Shown piece after piece: positions 14,263 to 26,950 of a stretch of DNA of 64,000 nt; within the stretch, counting starts at the first letter, position 1, and every line of letters starts with the position of its first letter. The translations under genes and the position numbers were made by a program. The stretch is from Rhizophagus irregularis (lineage: Eukaryota). The notes below the pieces were generated by a model. The model saw only the letters and a list, made by a program, of their open reading frames with translations. It ran no database searches and was not told the DNA's origin. The stretch lies in contig NC_089430.1 of the NCBI RefSeq assembly GCF_026210795.1, forward strand, positions 3,720,001 to 3,784,000, written 5' to 3'.

Positions 14263-17200
14263 ATGGCACATGCACATGAAACAAAATCTCCTCCTAAACG
14301 TGCTTTTTCTTTACGTGAAGTATTTGGACGTTCACGAACAGACATTTCCCTTGTAGACACTTTAGGTTTAACTTCTCTTAACGTGGAATCCAATGAGATA
14401 AATGGTAAAAGTTATCAAAAACAACAGATACCACCTTCCAATAACCCTAAGGGAAGACCTATAGACACTAAGCTTCTTGTACAAGAACTACAAAAACCAT
14501 ATCCTTTACACACGCTCATTAAACTTATCAGAGAATTATGTAACATAGTGACACAATATACTTTTTCAGACATGACTGAAGTCTGGGTTTGTGTTAGAGA
14601 CCTAGATCTACTTTCCCCTGATATGCCATTTGATGCGAGAAATGTTGCTTTCCAATTCATGATAGCTTGTATTAAAGGTCAACATAGTGATAATTTAGGA
14701 TTCCTTCGAGTAATATTTTATGATTGTATCAAATCTCATAATGTCAAAGAAGATTTCGAGATTAGGTTATTGGCTTTAAAAGAACTTTGTAAAGATGGTA
14801 GAGATATCTCTCCTTTCGAGAAAAATTTAGTAAAATTACTTTCAGAATGGGTTAATGAGACAGTTCAACAATTAGATGTTCAATTAACAAGTGATCATCA
14901 AAAGGAACATGCAAAATCTGTACCTCCATCATCATCATCTTCCACAACTTCTTCGCAACAGGATGAATCAAATACTTCTTTTCCAACGTTAACATCATCA
15001 AACAGGTCATCAACTTCTGCTACGATAACAGAAGCATCGGATTCTGATACAACTATACAACAAAAAAACTCAGAACCCACAAGGTTACAATCAGTTGTTA
15101 ATTTATTAATTAATGTAATTAAATTTAATTTTGCTCAATTTGAGGAACCTGATATTTCTCGGCTTATTGAGGATATATCAATTGCATGCAAGAAATCTAA
15201 AGATGTTTCAGATATTGAATGTTGTCTGAGATTTTGGGATGTGGTGGTGCGCTTTGGTTATGTTCCATCATCTTCGTTAAAATCATATGTTGATGTATTA
15301 TGCGATAAACTTAATCAAGAAGGCTCAATTTCACAAACGAGCTGGCATATTATGCGAAATCTTTTAAAAAGTCATTGTGCATACAGTGCAATCAAAATTC
15401 TATTTAGTAATTTGGAAAGTGTAGAGCCTTTAACTTCTTCACGGGTCTTACGGGGCTCAGTTCTATTTTTAGCATGGGCGATATGGGGACCGGAAGAGGT
15501 TGATTCTCTTTCGCATACTTATTCTACTGTACTTTCTGCGATGAGACATGCAATAAAGAACTACTGTGATGTCAATATACATGGTGAAATTTTAATGCAA
15601 ATTAGTTATCTTATCTCAAGATATGAAAAAGACATTAAACCATTGGAATGGGAAATCATTATGGACATTTTAGATAATACTAAGCATTATGTGTTAAATA
15701 ATGGATCTTTAGCAAGAAGAAATACAATAATGAGTGATGATATTATAAAAATTAATTCAGTTGATGATAATGAGTTAACAACAGTGGTTAGTGCTTATAG
15801 TAAAATCATATTTCAGATACAGTCTCTTCACATGTCGTCCTCTTTTGAAGGTCCAATTTTACGATTTATTAATCTCATTCAGTCACTAAGGGATTATGTG
15901 TCAGAAAGTACCATTTTAATGTTACTTGATTATTATGATTTAGAACATTCTCTTTATCCATCCTCTCCGGATTGGCTTGTATTATTAGTTGATGTGGTAA
16001 ACACATTTTACATCGCCAAAGTTCCTTCGAAAATTCGCCAACGAGTCCTCTCTATGACTATTGAAATCTATGAAATTACAAAGGATTTTTATCAGGATAA
16101 ACTTCTTGAGGCGGTTATTTTACCGATGTTTACTGATTTTCCTGAAGATGATGACCCCGAAGTTATAGATAATTTTATGGAATTTTTAATATCTATTCTA
16201 AAGGAACTACCAGATCGGTGGTTTACACCTTTACTTAAAATCCTATTACAGTGTACTCCTTGTGTTTGTCAATTAAATCAACCTGATATCACACGACGTT
16301 CATCTCATTCTACGAAATGCAAAAGTTCAATTTCAATTAATGGTCTTGTCAACATATTTCAGCATTGTCTATACAAAGCAGATTCACCAGAGCAAAGTAT
16401 TAAAATCTTCAAAGAAATGATAAATCTCCTTTGTGATTTTTCAACTCCTGTAACTTGTCGTCTTGCTTTGTTACAGCTGCTTGTTCGTATGAGAGCTGAT
16501 AATGATTACAGGATATATTATACAGAGGACATGGACGTTGTGAGCGGAGCATATGTTTTACATCGGGATAAATCAATCAATGAGTATAATTATCCTTCTA
16601 CTTCTACAATCTCAGAAAAATCGGTTACCAGTATTGGTTCTACGAGTTCAGGAGTTGAGCGTAAGACTAGTCTTAAAAGAAAGGTTGAGCGAAGAGCTAG
16701 CTTGAAAGATGTGGCTTCAATACTTCTTGATCGAAGAGATAACAATAAATCGACTCAACCCCAGGTAGATAATAACAACATTCCCGAGGAAGAAATGGTC
16801 ACGTCATGCGAACGTCTTTGGCAAATCCCCGAAATTTTACGTATTAAGATCTCAGCTTTACGTCCAAGTCCGTATGTACTTTGTAATAAAGTTAATGCTA
16901 TTCAGGATGTTCTTCAAGACAATTACAGGTTTAAATCGGATTCAACTAGCAAAGGCACTAAACTGCAACGAGAAACGATTGTCTTACCAATTGATTTATA
17001 TTTGCAATGTTTAATTGATATCCTTACCAGAGATAAGGATTGGGAGATTTATTCTTACGTCTTGTGTTTTCTTCCAATACAATTAAGCAATAAGCATTTA
17101 TTTTGTTCATCCTTTGAACAAATCCGTACATTAAGAAATTGTTTATGCGATTGGGTATTGAATAATCGGTTGGCGGAAGGCGTGTCATTACCATCTGATA

Positions 17201-19551
17201 TCAAGAGAGTAGATGTTCATGTTATAGTTTATCAAACTTTAACTATTCTCATAAATTATAATGACCTATTTAATAAAGCACAGCGAGATGAATTAATTTT
17301 GGCTTTTCATGTTGGTTTACAGAAATGGGCACATACTGCAAAACCTTGTATTCATGCACTCAATATATGCTTATTCGAATTACCACTTTCATCTACAAAA
17401 CTTCTTCCGGATACTCTTAATAAGTTATCGCAGATTATAACAACAGCGTCAATGAGTGTACATATTCTTGAATTTCTTTCTGGGTTAGCAAGACTTCCAA
17501 ATTTATATGTAAATTTTACAGAGGCTGATTACAAGCGTGTATTTGGTATCGCTATGCAATATATACAATACAGCCAAAGCCAGACGGTCTCATCAGCTTC
17601 AGCTCCAAACAGTAATAATAGTACTACATCACAACCAAATACTTCATCAAATTCGGGTGTAAATATTTCACAAAGTACCAATGCTTTATCACAATATGAA
17701 AGAGTAATGGCATATCATGTGATTTATCTTTGGTTTATGTTATTAAGGCTTCCAGAACGTCGAAAGTATGTGACTTTCATTGTTCACGGTTTATTATTTG
17801 CAAATGGATCAAATTCAAAAGTAGATGAACAGACTGAAACGTGTTTCGACATGCTTGCACGTTACTCATTTGCTAATTGTGATCCCAAACCAGAAAAATC
17901 TTTTATTAACCAAATTTTATTAGAACAAGGAAAGGATAAAGTCATTTCACGTACCTGGGTTCAAGGAAACGCATTACTAACTATGCGTACAATGAAGTCG
18001 TTTGGATGGGCAGAAATTATAATTCGTCGACCATCCGGTACTGCATCCTTTTTATGTAAAGTTGAAAATCGAAACAAAATGGAAGATACAGATTTCATAA
18101 CTTTACCTGCAACTTTAATCTCCCATTATAATCCTGATTTCCAATATATTATTAACCTTCCTCAAAGCGCAATTGACTTTAAATCTAAACAGTCGGACGT
18201 TACTGTTAATGATTCTATACAAGGAAAAACGAATAATCGTACAATTATCGAAAACACAAATCTTCTTATAGAACCGCAAGAAACTGAAAAGAATGAAAAT
18301 TCTATTGTTATTGAATCGGATAATTTACCAGTGGATATTTCAGCACATCTTGCCTCTTCACATTTAAATTTAGAGATCAGTTCTTATACTGAAACTTTAG
18401 AAAAAGATATTGGAATTTCTACTTCGCAAACAGAACTCTCACCGAATCCCGAGAATATCTATAGCGAAAACCAGGATAATAATTTAAAGGATCATACAAA
18501 TATGTCAAATTTTTCGGAAAAAGAGCAACATGTTGTTAATGAAGTATTTACAGATCCTGCTAGTTTGATTGCTGATAAGAACATATATCGCAAGGATGAT
18601 CCTCATATTGATCCCAGTTTTTTATTTTTACAATTTTCTCCTTATCCTGATTTTATTTCTAAGGATGCTCCTCGACCTTTACCAGATGATGAATCAACAA
18701 ATCGTGCGTTAACAGTATTAGATCATACACCAGTTGTAGATTTTCACAAAATTGGTGTATTATATGTTGGAAAGAATCAGACTAAAGAAATCGAAATTCT
18801 TTCTAATATTCATGGATCACAAGATTACATAGAATTCCTGAATAAACTGGGGAGCTTGGTTCGATTAAAAAATTGTAAAAAAATATATACAGGAGGTCTG
18901 GATACGGAGTATGATACAGATGGAGAGTATACTTATTATTGGAAAGATGATATTACGCAAGTAATTTTTCATTGTGCTACTTTAATGCCAACGAATTTGG
19001 CACACGATCCTCAATGTGCTGGAAAGAAACGACACATTGGTAATGATTTTGTTACAATAGTATTTAATGATTCGGATCAAGAATATGAATTTGATACATT
19101 ACCAAGTCATTTTAATTTTATCAATATTGTGATCTCTCCTTATTCTCATCAATACTCTTCACAATCCTCCATTTCAACTTTACAATCATCAAGAACAGAT
19201 GATACTAATAAAAATTATAATAAGAATTCATATTTCAAAGTTACAATGCAGCGTCGCTCAGATATGCCAGAAATTGGGCCAATAGAATTTAAAATGGTGT
19301 CAGCATCAGCTTTACCAGCATTTGTTCGCCAAATAGCATTACACGCAAACATATTTGCTCAAGTGTTTTTACAAAGCGGAGGTAATAGAAACACAGAATA
19401 TGTATCGAATTGGAAAGATCGTTTAAGACAAATTAAACGTGTAAAGGAACGAATTCTTTCAGCAAGTACTGGAAGTAATAATATAACATATGATAATCAC
19501 ATTGATATTATGGGATTGGAACCCGTTATTGACTTTACTCGATATACTTAG
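14263..19551 (+). CDS. TSC2: Tuberin (TSC2), Rheb GAP; single exon, about 1762 aa
   Basis: N-terminal DUF3384-like helical region, tuberin domain (HILEFLSGLARLPNLYVNF), IIIRRPSG motif and Rap-GAP domain (HKIGVLYVG...TGGLD...KKRHIGNDFVTIVFNDS). First ATG at 14263. Confidence 0.95.
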   Translation: MAHAHETKSPPKRAFSLREVFGRSRTDISLVDTLGLTSLNVESNEINGKSYQKQQIPPSNNPKGRPIDTKLLVQELQKPYPLHTLIKLIRELCNIVTQYTFSDMTEVWVCVRDLDLLSPDMPFDARNVAFQFMIACIKGQHSDNLGFLRVIFYDCIKSHNVKEDFEIRLLALKELCKDGRDISPFEKNLVKLLSEWVNETVQQLDVQLTSDHQKEHAKSVPPSSSSSTTSSQQDESNTSFPTLTSSNRSSTSATITEASDSDTTIQQKNSEPTRLQSVVNLLINVIKFNFAQFEEPDISRLIEDISIACKKSKDVSDIECCLRFWDVVVRFGYVPSSSLKSYVDVLCDKLNQEGSISQTSWHIMRNLLKSHCAYSAIKILFSNLESVEPLTSSRVLRGSVLFLAWAIWGPEEVDSLSHTYSTVLSAMRHAIKNYCDVNIHGEILMQISYLISRYEKDIKPLEWEIIMDILDNTKHYVLNNGSLARRNTIMSDDIIKINSVDDNELTTVVSAYSKIIFQIQSLHMSSSFEGPILRFINLIQSLRDYVSESTILMLLDYYDLEHSLYPSSPDWLVLLVDVVNTFYIAKVPSKIRQRVLSMTIEIYEITKDFYQDKLLEAVILPMFTDFPEDDDPEVIDNFMEFLISILKELPDRWFTPLLKILLQCTPCVCQLNQPDITRRSSHSTKCKSSISINGLVNIFQHCLYKADSPEQSIKIFKEMINLLCDFSTPVTCRLALLQLLVRMRADNDYRIYYTEDMDVVSGAYVLHRDKSINEYNYPSTSTISEKSVTSIGSTSSGVERKTSLKRKVERRASLKDVASILLDRRDNNKSTQPQVDNNNIPEEEMVTSCERLWQIPEILRIKISALRPSPYVLCNKVNAIQDVLQDNYRFKSDSTSKGTKLQRETIVLPIDLYLQCLIDILTRDKDWEIYSYVLCFLPIQLSNKHLFCSSFEQIRTLRNCLCDWVLNNRLAEGVSLPSDIKRVDVHVIVYQTLTILINYNDLFNKAQRDELILAFHVGLQKWAHTAKPCIHALNICLFELPLSSTKLLPDTLNKLSQIITTASMSVHILEFLSGLARLPNLYVNFTEADYKRVFGIAMQYIQYSQSQTVSSASAPNSNNSTTSQPNTSSNSGVNISQSTNALSQYERVMAYHVIYLWFMLLRLPERRKYVTFIVHGLLFANGSNSKVDEQTETCFDMLARYSFANCDPKPEKSFINQILLEQGKDKVISRTWVQGNALLTMRTMKSFGWAEIIIRRPSGTASFLCKVENRNKMEDTDFITLPATLISHYNPDFQYIINLPQSAIDFKSKQSDVTVNDSIQGKTNNRTIIENTNLLIEPQETEKNENSIVIESDNLPVDISAHLASSHLNLEISSYTETLEKDIGISTSQTELSPNPENIYSENQDNNLKDHTNMSNFSEKEQHVVNEVFTDPASLIADKNIYRKDDPHIDPSFLFLQFSPYPDFISKDAPRPLPDDESTNRALTVLDHTPVVDFHKIGVLYVGKNQTKEIEILSNIHGSQDYIEFLNKLGSLVRLKNCKKIYTGGLDTEYDTDGEYTYYWKDDITQVIFHCATLMPTNLAHDPQCAGKKRHIGNDFVTIVFNDSDQEYEFDTLPSHFNFINIVISPYSHQYSSQSSISTLQSSRTDDTNKNYNKNSYFKVTMQRRSDMPEIGPIEFKMVSASALPAFVRQIALHANIFAQVFLQSGGNRNTEYVSNWKDRLRQIKRVKERILSASTGSNNITYDNHIDIMGLEPVIDFTRYT

Positions 19552-22100
19552 AAACTAATTGTATATAGATTTAACGTATTAATGTAATCATAAGTATTCA
19601 TAATTCTATCGTTTATAATTTAGACATCTATTTATAGAAGTTTTGAATAAACTGCTCGATGTGCATATCATAAGCAAACAAATTTTATAAAAATGACCAA
19701 CATAGTGCATCTTACTATAAAATACGGCGACTTAATTTTATATTTACGCGAGATAAATCATCTGTGCTACAAAATCTGAGCACATTTCGTGACGTCCAAA
19801 ACCATTATTTTTAAATTCCTATTTTTTATCTAGGAAAAGAATCCTAGCTACCCAAAACCCAATTTAGCATATACTTGTAATTGACTTATATGGGAGGTTA
19901 TAAAGACAATAGAGAGAATAGACAATAACTTGTTTGATAATCCGTTAATAATAATGACTGAAGATTTTTAGAACAATTGACAATTCAGTTAATTTGATAT
20001 TCAAGAGAATAAACAAGAATTTCATACGGAAAGTTTTATCCAAGCACATAAAACCAGCATGGAAAAAAACTTGAAAAATCCGGTCTGGAAATTAATTTTC
20101 ATCTATTATATTCCAGAAATCTGCTGCATCCATGACCAGAAAAATTATGGAATTATAAATTTTACCCTACAGTACTCCGGATTGGTTGATGCTATACCCG
20201 GTGTACGAAATTTTTTACAAGGATTTTAAAAACTTGTAGTATATTTAAAAAATTATTTACATATAAAATTAGAATGTTTAAATAAGAAAATGGAGATTGT
20301 TTTCAGAAAAAAGGAGGATATTATGTATAAGGGTATTGGGACCTACCTACTTATAGAGGTCACTGTAATATTATATTATGACTCTTGTTAGAATCCCAAA
20401 ACTCTAAAAATAGGAAAATAGGTTAGAATCTTAGATATCTTTAAAACAAATCATAATTACACTTCTTTTAAAAAGTTAAAAATTAGATTTATGCAATTTT
20501 TCAGCATTTAATAATCCAATTTCAATAAACTTTTTTATTTTATAACTCTCATTAAACTTTACAATTAAAAAAAAATTTATCAAAATTGGACTACCAGATG
20601 CCAAGAAATTTGCAAAAAACAACTTTTAGAGTTTTAGCAAAAAATGATGATTGGTTAGAAGTCCATTATAACTTATATATTAAATGTTTGGAATTCTAAT
20701 AGGTTGCCATAAAGTTATAAAAAATATTTTGCAAATTATTATTAAAAATAGTTAATTTGCAATTTGTAAGAAATGAAAAGAATTTTTATTAAATTTACTA
20801 ATAATCAGTAAAACATTTTACATATTAATTTTTATATATATTTAATTTGTAATTAAATGAAACAATCTTTAGCAAAATTCCAGACATCTTTAAAATAAGT
20901 TATAAATCCTATTTTTTAATAATTTAAAAAGTTATTTTTTATGTATATCTTAGCATCTAATAAAGTTAACCCCTTTATAGGCATTTCCTATATAAGAACT
21001 CTTCTTTTTAACTGAAGGTATACATTTTTTAGTTCCAATTTTTTTATATATAAAATATGTCTTCTATAATCACTTTATTAATTATAAGTATAATCACACT
21101 GTAGTATACAAAATTTGATAGAAAATTAATTAGTAAAAAGTAATAAGTATCCTAGTATTTTAGATATATAGAAGAGTTCATAATTAAGTTTAAGAGTGAA
21201 CTTTTAGTAAGTCATGTAATAATAATTTAGAAAAATAGAAGAATTCTCTGAATTCTTTATAAAAGAAAAAGGAAAATCCAGAATTTTAATTTAATAGTTA
21301 ATACTTAAATATTATTTTATCTAAAAATTATTGAATTTTATTTTTATGAATAAAAACATGAATTAATTAAAAACAAATTATCATATTTTTAATTAATATG
21401 ACAATTTTATTTTATTTTACTTCAAATTATATATATTTCTGAAAATTGATCAATAAATCATGAATTTAGGTAAGAAAATATTTATTTTATTAATATATTT
21501 GAATATAAATATAGAAATGAGTGTACCTTTTGAGATGTAGTCATAATAATGATGATATTAACATGAAAAGAAATAAGAAATGTGGAAATTAACTTATATT
21601 TTGATTGTTTAATATTATGAAATGTGGAAATTGTATTTTATTTATATATTATTTAATTATATTAAACTAAACTAGAAATGTAATTTTTATACTCTACTAT
21701 ATCTTTTAAGGGGTAGTTAATATATTGTGAAGTAATGCTTATAGCAGGGGACTAGGGTATCCTTTAATACCAATTGTCAATTCTGTATTATAATAAATAT
21801 ATAAAATTCCTCCTGTATAAGTATATAAATCATATAATTTAATGAAATAGTATATGTAGTTTACATTTCAGTTGTGTCTAATTTTAAAAATTTTTAAAAA
21901 TATGTAGTTTACATTCTGAATTTGATAGTAGAAAAACTTTTTATTTTCAAAAATTTCTATAATATCTTTAACAGATAAATAATTTTAAGCATATTTTACA
22001 TTATAAAATGTTTTTGCAAATATTTTATATATATAATTATATTTATTATATATAAATTAATTTTAATTTTAAATTAATATCATATAGATTTATATGTATT

Positions 22101-22175
22101 TTATAAATGCACACCCTTTTTAAATGCACTCTTATACCTGGTTCCAAGGGAGGTGTATTTATAAAGAGTTGACTG
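22101..22175. mobile_element. Right end of a Tc1/mariner-type MITE, same family as 55650-55826
   Basis: Ends ...TGTATTTATAAAGAGTTGACTG|TA. Internal TATAAATGCAC...TTAAATGCAC...GTTCCAAG resembles the reverse complement of the 55650 copy. Confidence 0.55.
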
Positions 22176-23093
22176 TATATTTATTATTAATTATTCTTTG
22201 AAGTTGTGCTTTAATATTATATGGCATTTACATATTAACCTACTGAAACAATTGTAATAAATGGCATTCCTTTAAATTAACTGGAATTATATAATAAAAT
22301 TTAATAGCAGGGCATGGGTTTGATTTCTTATTTATAACTTCTTTAATAATAGCATTTTCACACTTATGCAAAAATGCTTTAAATATAATTATTAATTAAT
22401 AGTTAAATTTTTAAAGTATTATTAATTGCACTCATCAGATTGTACATTATTAGGTTGTACAATAAAACATTTATCTATTGTATTGTTTTTATCATTTTAT
22501 AATTTAAATATTATATCAATTATTCTGTTTTAAATTTATATTTAGAAAAATTAAAATTTACTTCAAAATCATTATTATGAGAATGATAAGAATTTTCATT
22601 AAATATAGTTTCTAACAATTCTAAATCAATATTATTTGGAATTGTCAAAAACTGATGATTTTTGTCTCCAGCTTTCCAATTTTCGCATTCAATAAACTTC
22701 TTCTTTGATAATATCAACCCATTACCTGTAAATAGTAAATTAACAAAAGAATCAATAAAAATAAATATAAAAAAAAAATATAAAAAAATAAATATAAAAA
22801 TAAGAACCTGTATGAGTTCTCCTAAAATTGGTTTAATGTTACATCATTTTCCATTTTTGTTAAATGGTTACCATTTATATTCATGCACTAAACTTTATTA
22901 TGGCCGTTCTCAAGTGTCTCCCTCAATAAGTTAATCATTGACTAAAAAGGCAAAGTGTGAAGATCATTTAAGTTAAAAAAACCTGGAGCTATAAACCATC
23001 TTTTTTTTCATAGAGCTACCAAAAATAGAAAATAATGGAATATAAAAAGAGGTTGCTCATGCGCCTTACTTCCTTCACTTTCCATTTTACACT

Positions 23094-24591
23094 ATGGATC
23101 TTCAGTACCGACAAAAATCAATAATTATATTACTTTTTATATTAGAAGCTATTATAAAAAATAAAAATATACAAATGCAAAGATCTGATCATCTTTTAAC
23201 TGTCCTTACCATAACAAATATAATTTTATCAACAGTTTATTTTCCATCCAGTATAAGATTGCAACATCAGCCAAGACCTAAAACTAAAGGGTTCTGGACA
23301 GATGTTTTCCCATACTTAGTAGATGGAGAAGGTTATAATTCTTTTAAGCATTACTTTCGTATAACTCTTACTACTTTTTGTGCTATTGTAACTCAATTAG
23401 AAACCCACCAAGCTTTTACTTTAGATGTCTCTAATGCAACACCTCCGTATTTGAAAGCAAATTGCCATTCAGATAATTAATGGCAATTAAGCAAATTGGA
23501 TTTGGAACAAGAAATGTTGTTAGAATAAACACTTGGAATAAATTAAGGATCTGTAAGTAATTTTACTGATCGATTTTTAGAAGCACTATTAGATTTAGAA
23601 TAAGGACGAATTGCATGGCCATGAGAATCACATTTAGCAATAGTAATATCCGTGAAAATCATATTTATATATATCCTATCACATGATTTTACGATTATGT
23701 AAATTTTTAATTTTATAAATTTTATTAATTTTGCCAATTTTTACTCTAATTTCCTTATTTATACTTTTACCTAACCCATAAACCAAATATCCTGATTTCT
23801 GCCCCTCAAGAATTTGAATATGAGGAAACTGGTCTAGGGCATCGCAAACTGCCTAATGTTATTGGTGCAATGGATAGAGTACATATACCTATTCATGAAC
23901 CTTCTGAGAATGGTGCCTGTTATGTTAATCGCAAAAGTTTTCACTCTATCAACCTTCTTGGAGTTGTTGATCATCAGGGACGCTTTACTTATATACATGC
24001 TGGTGAAGCAGGTTAGTAGACATTTATTATTATTTATTTATTTATTTTTATTTATTTTAATAATTAATTTATTATTATTTACTATTATCATAAAAAGTGT
24101 ACATGATGCCAGAGTGTTTTATCGTTCTTCACTTTATCATGAAATTTTGTTGCATCCCGAACAATGAGTTCCAGGTGGTTTTTACATTATTGCAGATGCA
24201 GCATATCCTCTCCGTACATATTTAATGAAAGCATTTCCTAATTATTATATGCTATCTGCTCAAGAACGTCACTTTAATAAAGTTCTTTAATCTTTCTTTA
24301 ATGCGAATGGTTGTTGAGCAGGCATTTGGACATTTAAAGGAACGATGGAGAATTTTATTGAAAGAAATTTATTGTACAAATATAGAACGGATTGTTAAAA
24401 TAATACATGCATGCTGTATTTTACATAATATTTGTATTGATATGGGAGATTTATTATCTTCAGAAAATGTTAATAGAGAAATGGATGATGATATAAATAG
24501 TAATAATGAGTATGAAGCAGAAAATGAAGAAATCGAAGAGATGGCGGGTACTCAGAAGAGAGAATATTTAGCAGATCTTATAATTAATTAA
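23094..24591 (+). pseudogene. Harbinger (HARBI1/DDE_Tnp_4-like) transposase pseudogene
   Basis: FKHYFRIT..TF, NVIGAMDRVHIP...YVNRKSFHSINLLGVVDHQGRF...AG/SVHDARVF, IIADAAYPL, RMVVEQAFGHLKERWRIL...ACCILHNIC. Contains stops and frameshifts. Confidence 0.9.
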
Positions 24592-24664
24592 TCATTATTA
24601 AACCTTACAAAGCTTCATTAATTACAATAAAATTATTTGCATATACATTATTAACTGCTCATAA

Positions 24665-25755
24665 TTAAAATTTCATTAGAAACATTTTAAATAGTTCCAT
24701 TTGTTCATTATGCTGCTTTTGCTGAACTTCAGAAGCATGAATATATTGTTCTTTCATAATTTCAGCGATAGTATCAGTCTGTTCTTTAATAAGAGTTCGA
24801 ATCTCTTCTATATTTGTTTTTTTTTCTTCAGAACGTGCTTTTTTTTGTTGTCTAAAGTCATTCTATATGATATGAATAATGGTTTGATTAGATATTAGAA
24901 AAAAAATAAAAAAATAAATATTAAAACGTCATTGACCTCTTTGACTTGTTCTTCAGCATTCTCTTGTTCTTTACGCTTAATCCCATAAATTGAGTCACTT
25001 GTAATTGGTGCAACTATACTCAGATCTTTTCTTAAAAAGCTATCCATATCCTTAAAAAACTCCCAGTCATTTTGAATAGCTTCGCCACCAGTGCTTTCAA
25101 TTTTATTGGAATTTTTGGAGAAGTGCATCCCACTTCTGTTGAACTGATGTCTTTGTACGTTCCTTTAAAGTTGGATTTGCCATATCTGACTTTTGGATGT
25201 TAGTAATAATTTATCCCAGATTCGGCCCTTTTCTCTTGGATCTTTGACTTGTTGCAATGCTTGCCATTGCATTCTAACTTCTTCAATAAGCATTCGAGTT
25301 TCTGATGTTGTCCATCTGTTTGTTGATTGAAGTTAATAAATGTAGAAGTTGATTGGATAGGACTTTGATTATTTATGGCTACAGAATTAAAAGGTGATTG
25401 ATTTTCTTGATTATGAGTTACATGATGAGTAATAAGAGAAGGTTGAGAAGGTTGCAAGGTTATCTATAAAAAGAATTTCAAGTTTATTATCTTTCATATA
25501 GTATAATTATAAAAGAATAAATATTTACCGGATATCTTGTTGTATCATTTAAAGGGTCCATATATACTGGATATCTTATTTCATTTGGCGTCAAAGGATC
25601 TATATGATTTATTGTTTCATTTTCAGCAAAAGGTCGTGTAGTGGAATTTTGATGTTGTTGTAAGGATAAATTATTCATTATGTTGTTAAAAGGAGAGAAA
25701 TGAGTGGTTGGAACAAAATTTTTAAAAGTTGTTTTAGTTCTCTTTTTGGATGCAT
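24665..25755 (-). pseudogene. Harbinger accessory Myb/SANT (trihelix-like) DNA-binding protein pseudogene
   Basis: Low-complexity Q/N/P N-terminus, then KERTKTSVQQKWDALLQK...IESTGGEAIQNDWEFFKDMDSFL and a C-terminal coiled coil. Convergent with the transposase, as in canonical Harbingers. Confidence 0.75.
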
Positions 25756-26950
25756 AATAAAACTCAATAAAAAAAGTAAGAGATTGTTCAAGTGTCGATC
25801 ACCATGTTTATTCCAATTTATTTCAATTGACCGTGATACTTGAGCATCACTTCAATCACTGGCCAATCACATTGAGGGAGGCGCTTGAGAACGGCCTATG
25901 TGTAGTTTTTTTTGTGAAACTCTTCATTTGCATTAAACATATTTTCAAAAAGAGATCTACAGATGTGTGGCCAATATCTAATTCTTTAGATGCATATTGA
26001 CATACTTTTAAGCTACGTTGTTCTTTAATTACTGCGACATTTGGAAAAAAGTCTCAATTTTTTACTGTGCGAATTGTTCTGTTTCTTCCATATGAGTATT
26101 GGATATTGGTTAACGCAAATACTTTTCACGCTTCATCTTCATTCCATCCTGATACATTATAAATGTTCGCAAAACCAGTCTCGGACGTATTAGGATATTC
26201 CTGAAATTCTAAGTAATAAGAAGATGTTAAATTCTTTCCAAATTTAGCAATATTTTGAACAGGCCACTATTAAAACAACATAAATTAATAGTACAAAAAT
26301 ATATCAATGATAACGAAAATAAATACTAATTTTAGTATTAATAAACGTTTTTTGTCCTATTTTAGTATATATATAAACAAATATATCAAGGATAAATGCT
26401 ATAATTGGAAATATCGGTATTTGCCGACACTAATGACTACAAATATCTATTACACCTTTTCTAACACTTCTTCAACAAGCTCTTCGTTGATTATTACAGG
26501 ATCTTCTGCCATTTTAGATTTATGTTTTACAAGTCTTTCAGACGTTGTTTCTTTATAAAAAAAAAAATTATTTTTTATTAAAATTGATTGGCGATTGGTC
26601 ATTTCTTTGAATTATAATTACACAAATGATCAAGTCATGTGGTATTTAGTGGTAAGGTTGTACTTGTACGAATCAAATAATCATTCGTTTATCATTTTAC
26701 AAAAATAAAGTTTTTGTGATGTAAAAGATTGCAGATTGCAGTTTTATTTATGCTTTTTTAATTCTAAATTATACAATTCTAAAAGGTTTTAATAATTAAG
26801 ATTACAATATTGCATATTTATCATGTGTTTCCTGAATAATAATTATTAAACAATACAGACATACAGTATATTCGAATTATATTGTAATCGATCAGCTTCT
26901 TCTTGTATATTGCAAATTATAATGTCTTTTTAAGCAATGAAGTGATTGAA

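Larger units (their letters stand above)
22902..25896. mobile_element. Full-length PIF/Harbinger DNA transposon (inactivated) with two convergent genes
   Basis: 26-bp TIRs GGCCGTTCTCAAGTGTCTCCCTCAAT (22902-22927) and the reverse complement of 25871-25896 (GGCCGTTCTCAAGCGCCTCCCTCAAT). TAT on both sides (22899-22901, 25897-25899). Confidence 0.9.
22230..26512 (-). pseudogene. Degraded intron-containing repeat-family gene (probable transposon ORF), split by the Harbinger insertion
   Basis: MAEDPVIINEELVEEVLEK/WPVQNIAK...EFQEYPNTSETGFANIYNVSGWNEDEA*KVFALTNIQYSYG lies right of the insertion. It continues left of it as CNIKPILGELIQ, KKKFIECENWKAGDKNHQFLTIPNNIDLELLE and FYYIIPVNLKEC..ITIVSVG. Many stops. 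The left boundary is uncertain. Confidence 0.6.

Noticed and set aside
12571..15080. Antisense ORFs within SPT2-like and TSC2 (likewise within ARG5,6 and the glycosyltransferase)
   Set aside because: Short shadow ORFs with no motifs, explained by the codon bias of the sense gene.
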